A stretch of 64,000 bases of DNA from Kudoa neothunni (taxonomy: Eukaryota > Animalia > Cnidaria): positions 1,252,221-1,316,220 of the forward strand of contig OZ199839.1 in NCBI GenBank assembly GCA_964304625.1, read 5' to 3'. Shown here one piece after another: positions 11,640 through 25,031 of this stretch (within the stretch, counting starts at the first letter, position 1; each line of letters starts with the position of its first letter). The position numbers were made by a program, and so were the translations under genes. Under the pieces are notes generated by a model. It searched no databases, was not told the origin of the DNA, and saw only the letters and a list, made by a program, of their open reading frames with translations.

Positions 11640-14600
11640 GGAAGTGTCTATTGGTCCGGCAGATCAGCATCACATGCTATTTAAATTTACTTTGAGTGGA
11701 TTTAAAATTACATTTAATATTTAAACAACATTTTAACGACAAGTACATCTATCAATTAAGTTTAATTAACGAGATTACTCAGATACCTATTTAGACACGG
11801 ATAGAATCGAGATCTTCATTTTTTGGCTTGTGAAAAATGCCAATCTTACATAAACTAGAACGTTTATGAATTATTGGATTAATAAGGCTTAAGTTTTCTA
11901 TAGAAATATTTACATCATATTTATATATTCCAATGACTTAATTATGCGTTATATTTATCCTTAAAATGCATCTAAAAATAATAATTTTGAGATATATTTG
12001 ATTCTATTTGGAGCAATAATTAATAATTATTTATATCAGTTTGATAATTTATTGATATTCAATTTCGAAACATTGATTCGTACCAATAAGTTAATTTGCA
12101 TTGTGCATAACGAACAAAAGTTCATTTAGTCAAGCGGTAAAGCAATTTGACAAAATTTATCTCGAAATATTATTCAAATTATGCTTGCTTTGTAAATAAA
12201 TTAAAATTTCGACACTATTTCGAATGAGTAAGTAAATATCTCCATCCGGGTTCGAAAAAATATTAATTATATTGGTATATTCTTAAACATGAAGTTTATT
12301 TAATGTTGATTATATACGAGATCATTATAGAAACCGATTAAGACTATAGAATTTAATTTTAAAAACGAAGCTTTAAACAAATCGACCCTATAATAGCCAA
12401 TGTTGTTTACAAAAGAAATGGTATTTATTCGATTATTCGCGTAATTAAAAATATTAAAAAGATAATATAGTTTGGCACTATTCGTATTTGCAATAAAAAA
12501 ATTTGTATCTGGAAAAATCGTGATAATTTTGAAGATAATTCGAATAAAACTACTCTTTTGTTGGAGACATTTTTTTCAAGTTTGCAACCTTTGTACTTTC
12601 ATTTGTTCTTGAATAACTTTTTACATTCGATGCAACACCAATATTTAGAATATGGACCGATACTGATATTTGACATTTGAAATGACTCCATTCTAAGCAT
12701 GTATCACAACCTATAGATGATTCCATGTTCCCAATCGTGTTTTTACAGATACTGCACATATAGCCAACGGTTTGTTTGTTTTTTATAATCGTTTTAATAT
12801 TATAAATGGCGTCGTCAGTAAAATAAGGAAATATTTTATCAATTTTAACCCTTTGGTCAAGAATCGCGTCACTTACGTTATCGGAAAAAACCTCGACATC
12901 CTTTTCATCAATTTTTTCTTTATTAACCATAGCTCTTCTCGCAATTTTTTTATCAACGAACCAACTCAGCATAGCTATTTATTATTTAAAAAATTTATAA
13001 TTTATAATATACTCAAAATTTGTTGCTTTTCAGTTAAATTCATGAACGAACTCATGTGGACTTTAGATCTTTTTATACCAATTACAGTCGTCGACGAACC
13101 TTTAGGGCGGCCCTTATATTTAATTTTTGAAGGCAAAATTAATTCTACATTTTGAATCAAAAATATAATTAATTTTTATATTACTTGAAATTTTATTATC
13201 TTCATCAGATATCTCAAATGATTTTTCACCATTATTGGATTTCTCTCTATAATTAGAATAAATATTTAAACAGGGATTCCGTTTTACTCTTGTTGACTTT
13301 CGTTTATAGGGCAATGATGTAATTCTGAATCTATAAAGGTCAGAATTAATATTACATTATATTATATAAATGAATACTTTTAGACACAGTGATGTTTTTG
13401 CTTGAGGCTGTTGAGACCTCACGTGTAGAGTCATTATCGTTAAATCTTGTTATCGCAATTTTTTCATTATTTTCAACGCATTCCACAAACTGTTTCAGCA
13501 TATCTATCCAATAATTGTATTCAGGGCCTGTTTTTTCTGATATTCTAGCAGCGACGGTTTTCATTAACCTAGAAGCTTCATTAAATTTTTTCTGTTCTGA
13601 ATATTGAACATTCTTGGATAAAGAACTGAAAGTAATAGAATCGCTCCCAAAGTCGACATCATTCTTTTCGCAAACATTTTCTTGCAATCTGGAATTTTCA
13701 ATAAAGTAATTTTTTTGTCCATCTCTTGGAGCACAAAGATTTATCAAAAAGTGGAAGATTACACTTTTTCCGATATGTAAATACGTGACAGCTACATTTA
13801 TCATTGGAAGGCATATTAAAACTATCTGGAAAAATTTTGTCACCGATGTTTTCTGGCGATAGAACTTTAGAATATTCATTTGAAACCATTTGAAATGGGT
13901 ATTTTGTTAAATAATTAAAATACTCGATTATATCAGGATCAATGAATTTTTGAGGAGTCTTTAAAATTTCTTGTACAGCCTTATTATCATTCTCCATTCT
14001 TGAAGTATTTATGTAAACCAGAAACTTCTTGAAAAATTATTCAAAAGAGGAAAACAATGGAATCACTTGCTTTACCTTGGAATTGACACTTTCAATTCTA
14101 TTATTGGTAAAATTTAAGATCATTCCATCGTATCTCCGTAAACCAATAACCCATTCATCTTTGATGGTAAGCCAATTATTTTTAAAATAACGATAAACGT
14201 TTTCTCCTACATTATCCTTAAATTGTTTTTTTATAGAATTATACTCATCATTGTTTTTGGCGTATGAGATTTTTTGTAGGTAAAAGAGTGAAATTTCTTT
14301 TTCCTTAGAATTGATGTTTATTATCTCGACCTTGATTTCACGATTAAATGCTTTTAAGACATGATAAAGACATAATTGAATGTTAACATTTGGAAAAATA
14401 TTTTTTAAAACTTTTCGTTCTACCATGTTTTTGTCTGTCATAAAAATTTTAGTCTCATTTTCTATCACTGGGTTATGCTTTTTAATTGTTTTAATAAACC
14501 ACGATAATATTTCCTCAGTTTCTTCAGTGAGGATTCCTGTTGCCACAATCTCGCTCATTCCTCTTCCATCCATTACCACAAGAAAATAAACTGGAGCCCT

Positions 14601-15772
14601 ACAGTCTAATAATTTATATGTGGCGTCAATAAATATTATTTCGGGGTAAGCTTTCAGGCATTTTTTCATGTCCAAATCTTGATAAAAAAGGCCCTTAAAA
14701 TAATTTTTACCTTCTAACACTTCAAAAAATACATTAGGATTATTTTTTAGAGTTAATAAACAATCAAGTGTGGTTGAATGGGATTTAATTGAATATTTAA
14801 TGTTTCTTACCATTTTCAGTGAAACGTACTTTCCCTTCTCCCTAAAAATTTTTTCTTGGATAGCCTTTGAATTACCGTCGACTTCAACAAGTTGGGTGAT
14901 ATATGTAATCTCCTCATCATTAAGTTTTTTTGCCTTTGACGAAAATTTTGAGGGTAAACTAAGAGAATCGTGGTTGTGTGATAAATTAAGAGATTTTAAC
15001 ACAAGTTTTTTCCCATCGGTGTCTATTAGAAATCTTAAAAACACTGGGCATCCCTTATAATAAGAGTTCGTATTTCGTTGACCAGTTGATCGCTTTCTCT
15101 AAAGTAATGAAACCAATAAATAACTTATCAAATAAATAAAAATATTCCTAAAGACAAAACAATAATTAACCTTAAATAAAATGTATTTAACAAAATAAAA
15201 CGATTTACCTTTTTTCCGCCATGAATACAACAATATTTTAATTGATAATATTTTAACAATAAATTTAACACTCGATCACATCGTTTTTGGCCACTCTCAA
15301 TGGTTTTGCAATCTAATATGGACATCGTATATTTATTGAGTAATTCCAACTGTTCAATTTTCAACTTTAACTCTTCAAAGCTATTAAACGTATCACCAAC
15401 TTTAAAAAAATTATTCTCGTTAGTGTTAACATCATGGTTGTTTCCACCACTTTCGTTGCTGTTCATTGCGTACGAATAACCACGCTATACAAAACACAAG
15501 GTTCATAAAATTCAACGTCACTGTTTAATTTAGATGCGATCACTAGATCAATTTATTCTCAAATTTCGGCGAAAAAATATAAGTTAAATATATAATATTT
15601 GAAAACGATAATCACGCCGTGCAGGTAACAATTCCTAATTGGAGCGACTCGAATATCAAAAATATGTTTGTAAACTTTGTAATTTAACAATTGGGAAATG
15701 AAAAACCTAATTTTACTTATTTTTAATATTACAAAATCGTAAAACTGATCTGCCGGACCAATAGACACAGCC
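11640..15772 (-). mobile_element. Mutator/MULE DNA transposon B: transposase with MULE domain, SWIM finger and C-terminal PHD finger, frameshifted
   Basis: TIRs GGaaGTGTCTATTGGTCCGGCAGATCAG / CTGATCTGCCGGACCAATAGACACagCC. 9-bp TSD aacaatcaa/aacaagcga, with empty site aacaagcaa at ~22418. ORFs 15128-15466, 14037-15044 (IFIDATYKL, CLYHV, TNNRIES), 13698-13997, 13352-13879 and 12550-12972 (CSIC...CDTCLEWSHFKC). Confidence 0.9.
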
Positions 15773-16875
15773 AACAAGCGATCTCACAAAAATATAGGTT
15801 ATATTTGCATAAAGCTATTGACTAATTATTGGAAAACTCAAGGTTTATTATCAAGTGAATTTGTCATCTGAAAGGAACAACCGACAAAATCGCCACAACA
15901 GAGACATCCGAATGTTTTAGTCAATCTCATTTTGCGATAGTGGTATTAAATTGTAGGAATATTTCCTTCCCTTCGAACCACTACCTTTTTAGCAATAATT
16001 TTTATTAAATAGTAAATATCATGGCTGATCTAAAAAGAAAAGCCCAGTTTGAACAAAATTAAATATTAATCGACCTATATTTTCGAAATTAATATACTAC
16101 TAAGTGCGCTCGTGTCTTGCAATAATCTCAGGATAATCTCCAGGCGTGTCGCTTCCTTCCAGTAGAAAATAAAATCAAAACTTAATCATACTCTTATTCC
16201 TTTTATTCATTTAAAAATTAATTTTTAACCATCAATATTTAGTTAAAATTAAATAAATAATAAATATAAAAGATTCAAAGACCTTTAAACATTAAATATT
16301 ATTGGTTCGGTTTCGAATAGGTAGTCCATTATTGTATATCCCCAAGGAAAAATTTTTCTGTTAGTTTAGTTTAAAGGTTGTTTGATATTAAAAGATTACA
16401 TGGAAAATTTTAGAGAAAATAAAAAATATGAATAGAAATTTCGATTAATAAAATAATTGGGGTTCCTAAAATACCCCGTCCGACCCGTTAGGGTTAAAAT
16501 AGTTCAATCCTTTTTTCATATTTTATAAGCTTGTGTAATTTTTAGTTAAAATCCCCCATTAAAGCTTTAAATTAATCTAAATTTTATTCACTATTTATCA
16601 CTCTATATTTTTTTAATGTTTAATAATAAAACGAAATTTTAACTAATAAACGACGTTGCACCAACGCAAGTATAAATATTAGAATTTTATGTCAAACCTT
16701 AAATGTAGTAGCTGTGTATTTAATTTTATTTGACCTCTCTAAATATCAATTATTATAAAATTCTTGGTATGGAGAATAAATAATACAACGCCTTGTCAAA
16801 TCATACTAAAATAAAAATATTTTGAAAATTTCACTATAAATATATTTTGTTATTTTATTTATTATTTAAGATTTT

Positions 16876-18405
16876 TCATCTAATCAGACCTAGTATGGAA
16901 TCCAATGCATTTATGGCGAAATCCAGGAAAGAATCCAAAGATTGTGAAACTTTTCCAACTCCGGTCTGTCTCCCTTGAGATGACGGTGATTGACTTCCAC
17001 CCCCATTCTGAGAAGTTTGGGCTACAATCGTAGTTTCAGTTGTTAAAGGGTCTTTACAAATAGCGTTGCAGGCACCGGCAGTTTTGAAGTTATTCAAATT
17101 CATTATTTTTCCATTGAAATTAAATGTCTGACACTTTCCAGCGTTAGTGCCGGTTGCTACGTAATAATGCCGAGGTAATGCGTATTTATCATCTCCAGTT
17201 GTCTCACCAACTTTATCCTGTTTACAAGCTTCGACAGCTTCGAGTTCACCAAGATGGGCGGCTAATTAATAATTAAGGAAAACAAAATTTAATAATAATA
17301 TTATTGTGAATTACTCGCAGGACAAAAACTTGCACAGAGCTCTGCTGAACTAAAAATATTGTTTGAACCATCATCAATTTTGAAGGAGGTGTCAGGAGTT
17401 TTAGAAAAAAATGGAAGACAGGCTTTTTTTTCATTGTGGAAATAAAAGTACTCTTTTATATTTTCCCCATCTTCAGTTGTAATTTTATTCGTAGGCTGTA
17501 CTTGATATGGACCAATTGCATTACAGGCTGGGACTAGTTCCGCTATTTTTGGTTAACTAATATTTATCACACAACTAAATACTTATGCAAGTTTCTACGC
17601 ATTTAGGCAACTCCTCAAAATATCCTCTTTTTGCATTTTCACCAACAGCGGCATAAACACATCTTTTTTTATCTTTATGTAAAACAACTCCCATTTTCGG
17701 GCTCGCAGTGTCCACTTCAGCCGCGAAGCCACAGTCAAATATATTAGGGATCGGTGTTAATGTTTCTTCATTAGTACCAGCGACAACATCACCATTTTTC
17801 TTATCTAATTAAAGTAATTCCATTAAAATTGTTTTCAAATTTTGAAAAACTGACGTTACTTTGGCAACCATTTTTACATTCAATTTCGGAATCGAAATTA
17901 TTTGCATTTCCACCGCATCCACTGTATTTGAATTCATGGCACGAGTTAACAGCTTCACTACCATCGACAGCCTCCTTTGAAAAATACCATCTTGTTTGTC
18001 TTTTCTCCTTTGGTACGTCACATAGTCCATCCGATTTAGATTCGCCACACGCGTTGGACTTCTCCTCAGGTGTGAATGTAACTATTTCAAATGTTATTAA
18101 AATATGGGATTATTGCAATATACGGTGGTATTGACAAACCGCTTTTGACACAAAGTTATTAAAGTTTCCAAGGGAACCTTTATATTTAAATGGCTTGCAT
18201 GTAGCGGTCTTTTTATCGACATACCATCTATCAACTACAGCTTTTTTTTGTTCATCTGCGCTCATCCAAGAAGGAGGTTCTCCCTCATCTAACGTGTAAT
18301 CGGTTAAAGCCTTTTCTAAAATAACATTATAACCAAAATAGATTAAATTAATATACCAGCTGATACGATTTCTAAAAATAATAATAAAAATGGAAAAGTC
18401 AACAT
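16876..18405 (-). CDS. Secreted five-Kunitz-domain protein, copy 3
   Basis: Same exon/intron layout. Domain 2 reads CGESKSDGLCDVPKEKRQTRWYFSKEAVDGSEAVNSCHEFKYSGCGGNANNF; tail ends FLDFAINALDSILGLIR. Confidence 0.88.
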
Positions 18406-21025
18406 TCACTTCTTTATTAAAGTAGACTATTAGGTCCCGTATTTGAGCGAGATGTAAATTACATTTATTATACAGATGAATCAAACATCAATTGATTCAT
18501 TATTTACTGCAGGATAACTTAAAATTTAATAAATATTAAAAATTTTGCATTAGTTGTAATAATTTTCATTATAACATATATTAACCACACAACATAAATG
18601 TGACTTAAATTTAATTTCAAATTTTGATATTTATAAAATCATAGGCAATGACCGAAGATTTATAATCTAGTTAATTTAGAACGAAGAACATTTATCTATT
18701 GTTCAAATTAATTAAAAATGTTTATCTTCAGAGATTATTACGATCAATTCATTTTACATAGGATTAACGGCACTCAATAATGAGAAAATGATTTAGATTC
18801 AACTAATTTTTTTAATTTAAATAGGAAATTTAATAATTATGCAAGATCAAACTTTCTAATTTATAGCTAAGAAAATTAAGAATAGTACTTTTTTTAAATA
18901 TGTTTAAAATTTTGTTTTATATATATTTTTTTAGCCCTTTTGGTCCCAGCGTATACTTAAATATACACGATCAAAATTTAAATTCTCAGAAAGTGCTATT
19001 TGGAATATTCTGTCTACAATCGTATTATGAAATTTTAATTAACTCATTATTTTTAAATATTCCGTAATTACAGTAAACTTAAATCAGAAGATATTAATAA
19101 AATTAATAAAATTGCATTGTTTTGAAAATAGGATAATTATTCATGCGTTGGTTCAAAATTATAATAACACGCAGCTATGTAAAAAATATTTTTTTTATAA
19201 TAAAACTAACAAAAATATTTGTATGAATTATCAAAACAAAACATAAACTTTCAGAGATTCACATGTAAATATATCTGTATATTTAAATATAAATTGGGCC
19301 CATATGTAACGGAGTTGACCACCCCATAACGGATCACGACGTTAGATCAAAAAGCTACAACCTAGTTCTATATCTGAATACGTTGTTGTTTATCAAGTTC
19401 TGAAATTGCTTATCCAGGTAAAATCTCAAAATAAGATAGTATTACTGTGTTATGTATATGTAACGATGGTCCAAAGTAAAAGTGAAATATTTCAACTGAT
19501 AAATATTGTCATTTTAATGAAATAAAAGAAATTAAAATTCTTAATGGAAAAATTTCTTGCGATTTTTAAGCGATTCGTTGTTTGACATGATTGTCCGAGA
19601 CACCAATACAAAATCTTTCCAATGTGACCATTTTCTTCAGAAACGACGTTGTAAAGATAAGAAAATACATAGATATCATTCTTAAATGGAAATGTTCCCA
19701 ATTCCTTCGATTTTTTACAATCGGCAGGATAATTTAAACCATTTTCTTATTTCTAGTTTTTCCAAAAGTTTAAGATTTGAACGTTTACTATATATATATA
19801 TTTATTTCAATTGCAAAGCCAAAATAAAAACCAATTAATCTTCGAGACACTATAACAGTTTTCCCACAATGAGACACATTACATCATTTATTATTATCAT
19901 TTTTAAATATTTATCCTAAGAGTAAATATTTAATAATTAAACAAATGATCCCTTTAAGGTGCACAGGACGCAATTGAAAACATGTCTAAACAACCGATTA
20001 ACTGAGGGTTTATAATTTTTATAAGGCGCGGGATGTACGATTTTATTTGATTTATCGTTCATACTATAGAAATCTTCACAAGAAATAAAGTAGGTACGGA
20101 TTCGGAGGACTGTCCTTAAATTATGTAAATATACGTCATATTTCCCAAAAATTGTTATTTTTTGATAACTGGTTCACAAATATATCCACGCAGATGGTTT
20201 GTTTAAAAAATTCTTTTCTACCAACGCAACCAGATCAAATCCCCGAAGAGGAAACGTTGTGGTGTTTTCGAATGTGTCGAATACCTAAAATATAGAATTT
20301 TAACTTATTGGATTTTGGCTATGTGGTTAACATAATTATCTTCAACTCATTCGACGTTTGAAGCTACTAGATCAATGCAAAGCTTTTTGCAGACCAAAAA
20401 GTTCTCAATATTCTATGCCAATATTTCCCAACCTAGGGATCATGGACCCCCAAAAGGTCCCTGAGAAGTTTTTAATCTTAGAGACATAGTTATTCGTAAT
20501 CCGCGGTTACTATAAATTACGACTATAGAAAAAATTCCGGAACAATAATGCCATAAATATAAATTTACGTGGTTAATACTCTTAAAGATTCATATTCGAT
20601 TAGCTTAACTAGTCGGAAGTCAGTGAACAAAAAATGTTGGAAAACATTGTTCTGTACCCCTCTGCGGTAACCGAATACAACGAGAACAATGGCGGAGTAG
20701 ATGTTTCGAATATATCAAACTGAACGTGTGAAAAATTTAGTATGGGAATATTTTATTCGGCCATAAATATTTCTATCTGGTAGTCGTAGTTATTTTACAG
20801 AAAAAATTGTAGAATTAGGAAGGTTGAAAGCAATAGCACTTTTTATCTACCAGGTTTTACATCCAAAACAGGATTTTATGGCTAGTAACAGGAAATTTAT
20901 AATAGAGTATCCGGCTATAGTTTTTATGCAAATTGTAACAATCAGAAAAACAAGACAACAATTTCATCTTTTCCACGGCTATTCTCTATTAATCAGCTAA
21001 TAATCTATACTATTAAAAAATCTAT

Positions 21026-23129
21026 TTAACCCTCGAAAAACTTACGCGTGTGTCGAAGGGAACCTAAGGTACCCCAGAGGTTTTTCAACTTAATTCGCTC
21101 GCAGGGATAAAAAATTTGATGGCGCCTCTTTCCATAACAATGGTACATGCACGATGATTATAGGATTAGTTTTATATGTTTTAAGCGAATAATTAAATTT
21201 AAACAATAATATTATCTTTTTATATTTATTTTACCGCATAAACAACGTAAAAGACAAATTCTAGCGCTTAAAACCAAATGTTGCAACATAAATGAATTTA
21301 ATATTATATGAGATTTTTAAAATAAGTTATTGATTACAAATAATTTTTTACTTTATTATTCATATTTATTCACGGTTAAAAATATTTTGGAAAGCGATTT
21401 CACTATTAGGGAAAACAAATTTGTGATGAGTCCCGACAAGATGACTGAGGATGTAATAATGAGTACATTTTTATGTTTATTCTCCTTTCAACATAAAATT
21501 TTTGTAAATACTCGTAACTCTGATAAGCTCATAATAATGTTGACATCAAAGTTCAACTTTTTTGTTTGGTTTAATTATGCCATGGTTATCAAAAATTTGG
21601 ACGCAATGTTTAGCGACCGTTCTTTATTTTGCACCAACTACCATGTAACCACCTACTAAAATTGGTAAAACTATCTGAGGTCAATATAGATACACTTGTG
21701 ATCCTCATATGGGTTATAAACAATAATTCAGCCGACTCCAAACATAATGTTGCATCTGAATATGGCGAACATAATAATGAACGGCGATATATCAACTGAC
21801 CCGAACGCATACATCAAAGAAGATAATGAATCAAACTGTAATGAATTCAATCAAACTCATAACGAAACCAAAATTTATGAAAATAATAACTACGAAAAAA
21901 GGAGGCGACAGATAGATTATTGCATACATTAACTAACTTAGTGAAAACGATTGTGGCAAATGATTTAGTGAGCTTAACTCCTCGTTGCCGCAGTATGAAT
22001 AAACTTATACCTACTAGTACGAAAATTCCGCTATTAACAATTAATGCAAACCTAATTTTATTATGAAAGAGGTAAAAACTATAGGTATACCCATGGCAGT
22101 GAATGATTATTTTGAATTTGATAAAAAACAATTTGATATCTATGAAGTATGTTTGAAAAAATATAATCATTTTGTTTGATAAATTTATGTGGGTTATTCG
22201 CTTTATAACATACAAAACTAATGGAAATAAAAGTAATCCTATTATCATCGCGCATGCATCATTGTTGTGGAAAGAGACACGATCAAACAAATTTGTTTTG
22301 TGTGGTTATTACTTAATTTAAAAATAAATTAACCGCCAAAAATGTGGAGATATTTAACCAACTAGGAAAAAATACAAGCAATTAATTGGCATCACATTTA
22401 AGAAAAAGGCGAGAATAAACAAGCAATCTCACAAAAATATAGGTTATATTTGCATAAAGCTATTGACTAATTATTGGAAAACTCAAGATTGATTTCCAAG
22501 TAAATTTGTCATCTGAAAGGAATAATAGGCAAAATCGCCACAACAGAGACATCCGAATGTTTTAGTCAATCTCATTTTGCGATCGTGGTATTAAATCGTA
22601 GGAATATTTCCCTCCTTTCGAACAACTACCTTTTCCGTGATAATTTTTATTAGATGGTAAAAATCATGGCTAATGTAAAAAGAAAAACTCGGCTGGGACA
22701 AAATTAAATATCAATCGACCTATACTTTTAAAATTAATATACTACTAAGAGCGCGCCTGTCTTGCGATAATCTCAGGATAATCTCCAGGCGTATCGCTTC
22801 CTTCCAGTAGAAAATAAAATCAAAACTTAATCATACTCTTATTCCTTTTATTCATTTAACAGTTGATTTTTAATTAAAGTTAAGTAAATAATAAATGTAA
22901 GAGATTCAAAGACCTTTAAACACAAAATACTATTGGTTCGGTTTCGAAAAGGTAGTCTATTATTTTATATCCTTAAGGAAAATTTTTTTTCATTAGTTTA
23001 TTTTGAAGGTTGTATGATATTAAATGATTACATGGAAAATTTTAGAGAGAACAAAAAGTAAGAATATAAATTTCGATAAATAAAATAATTGGGGTTCCTA
23101 AAATACCCCATCCGACCCGTTAGGTTTAA
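21026..23129. mobile_element. Non-autonomous piggyBac-like element B of the repeat unit (also 10219-16497 interrupted, 27698-~34645 interrupted, partial copies elsewhere)
   Basis: The left end TTAA-CCCTCG...aaaacttacgcgtgtg...taccccagag and the right end ggggt...acccc..ccgWcccgt.aggg-TTAA match the two ends of the younger piggyBac at 28815-31718. Confidence 0.7.
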
Positions 23130-23514
23130 AATAGTTCAATCCTTTTTTCATATTTTCTAAGCCTGAGTAATTTTTAGCTGAAATCCAGGTTTAAAGCTTT
23201 AAATTAATCCAAATTTTATTCACTATTTATTATTCTATATTTTTTTAATGTTCAATAATAAAATAAAATTTTAATAAATAAACGACGTTACACCAACACA
23301 AGTATAAATATTAGAATTTTATGTCTAACCTTTAATGTAATAACTGTGTATTTAATTTTATTTGACCTCTCTAAATATCAATTGTTATAAAATTCTTGGT
23401 ATGGAGAATAAATAATACAACGCCTTGTCAAATCATACTAAAATAAAAATATTTTGAAAATTTCACTATAAATATATTTTGTTATTTTCTAAATTATTTA
23501 AGATTTTTCATTAA

Positions 23515-25031
23515 CTATTTGCCAAATATGAAATGCAATGTCTTCATGGCTAATTCCAGAAAAGGATCCGAAGATTGTGAATTTACACCTCCAATTTGGG
23601 TCTGTTTTTCTTGAGATTGCAGTGATTGAGTTACAGCCACATCCCCAAGAGTTTGGGCTTCATTTGTAGTATCAGTTGTTAAAGGGTTTTTACAAATAGC
23701 ATCGCAGTCTCCAACAGTTTTGAAGTTATTCAAATTCATCACTTTACCGTTGAAATTAAATTTCTGGCAAGTTCCGGCGTTATCGCCGGTTGCTACGTAG
23801 TAATGCCGAGGTAATTCATATTTATCATCCTTGGTAGACTCGCCAACTTTATCCTGTTTACAAACTTCGACAGCATTGAGTTCACCAAGATGGGCAGCTA
23901 ATTTATAATTAAGGAAAACAAAAATAAGTAGTACGATTATTGTGAATTACTTGCAGGGCAAAAACTTGCGCAGAGCTCTGCCGAACTAAAAATATTATTT
24001 GAACCATCATCAATTTTGATGTTGACATCAGGAGTCTGAGAAACAAACGGAAGACAAGCTTTTTTTTCTTTGTGGAAATAAAAGTAGTCCGCTACTTCGG
24101 TATTATCAGTAATCTTTGTTGTAGGTTGAACTTGATATGGGCCAGTTGCACTGCATGCTGGGACTAGTTCCGCTATTTTTTGTTATTAAATATTTATCAC
24201 TCAATGGAATACTTATGCAGGTTTCTACGCATTTAGGTAACTCCTCAAAATATCCCCTTGTTGCAGTTTCACCAACAGCGGCATAAACACATCTTTTTTT
24301 ATCTTTATGTAAAACAACACCCATTTTCGGCCTCGCGGTGTCCACTTCAGCTGCGAAACCACAGTCAAATTTATTAGGAGTTGGTGTTAGTGGACTATCG
24401 TTATTACCATTAGGAATACCACCATTTTTCTTATCTAATTTAAATTTTCTCATAAAAATGAGTTTAAAATTTAAAAAATTAGCGTTACTTTGACAAGCAT
24501 TTTTACATTCAATTTCGGACTCGAAATTATTTGCATTTCCACCACATCCACTGTATTTGAATTTGTGGCAGGAGTATGCGACTTTGCCATCAACATCCGC
24601 CTTTGAGTAATACCACCTTGTTTGTCTTTTCTCCTCTGGTACTTCACAGGTGCCTACTGATTTAGTTTCCCCACACGCCTTTGATTTCTCCTCAGGTGTA
24701 AATGTAACTATTTCAAATGTTATTAAAATATGGGATTATTGCAATATACGGTGGTATTGACAAACCGCTTTTGACACAAAGTTATTAAAGTTTCCAAGGG
24801 AACCTTTATATTTGAATGACTTGCATGTAGCAGTAGCTTTGTCGACATACCATCTATCAACTACAGCTTTTTTTTGTTCATCTGCGCTCATCCAAGAAGG
24901 AGGTTCCCCCTCATCTAACCTGTAATCGGTTAAAGCCTTTTCTAAAATAACATTATAACCAAAATAGATTAAATTAATATACCAGCTGATACGATTTCTA
25001 AAAATAATAATAAAAATGGAAAAGTCAACAT
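23515..25031 (-). CDS. Secreted five-Kunitz-domain protein, copy 4
   Basis: Same layout. Domain 2 reads CGETKSVGTCEVPEEKRQTRWYYSKADVDGKVAYSCHKFKYSGCGG; tail ends FLELAMKTLHFIFGK. Confidence 0.88.

Larger units (their letters stand above)
16498..23129. repeat. Least-disrupted ~6.6-kb tandem repeat unit (Kunitz gene, upstream region, two fossil piggyBac elements)
   Basis: Homologous blocks recur at roughly 2468-16497, 23130-34645, 34646-52640 and 52641-62855, each interrupted by different insertions. This unit carries the empty sites for those insertions. Confidence 0.85.

Noticed and set aside
22690-22710. gctgggacaaaattaa as the right TIR of fossil piggyBac A
   Set aside because: The match to the left end is only partial, it is not conserved in all units, and it would interleave with element B. 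Too weak to call.
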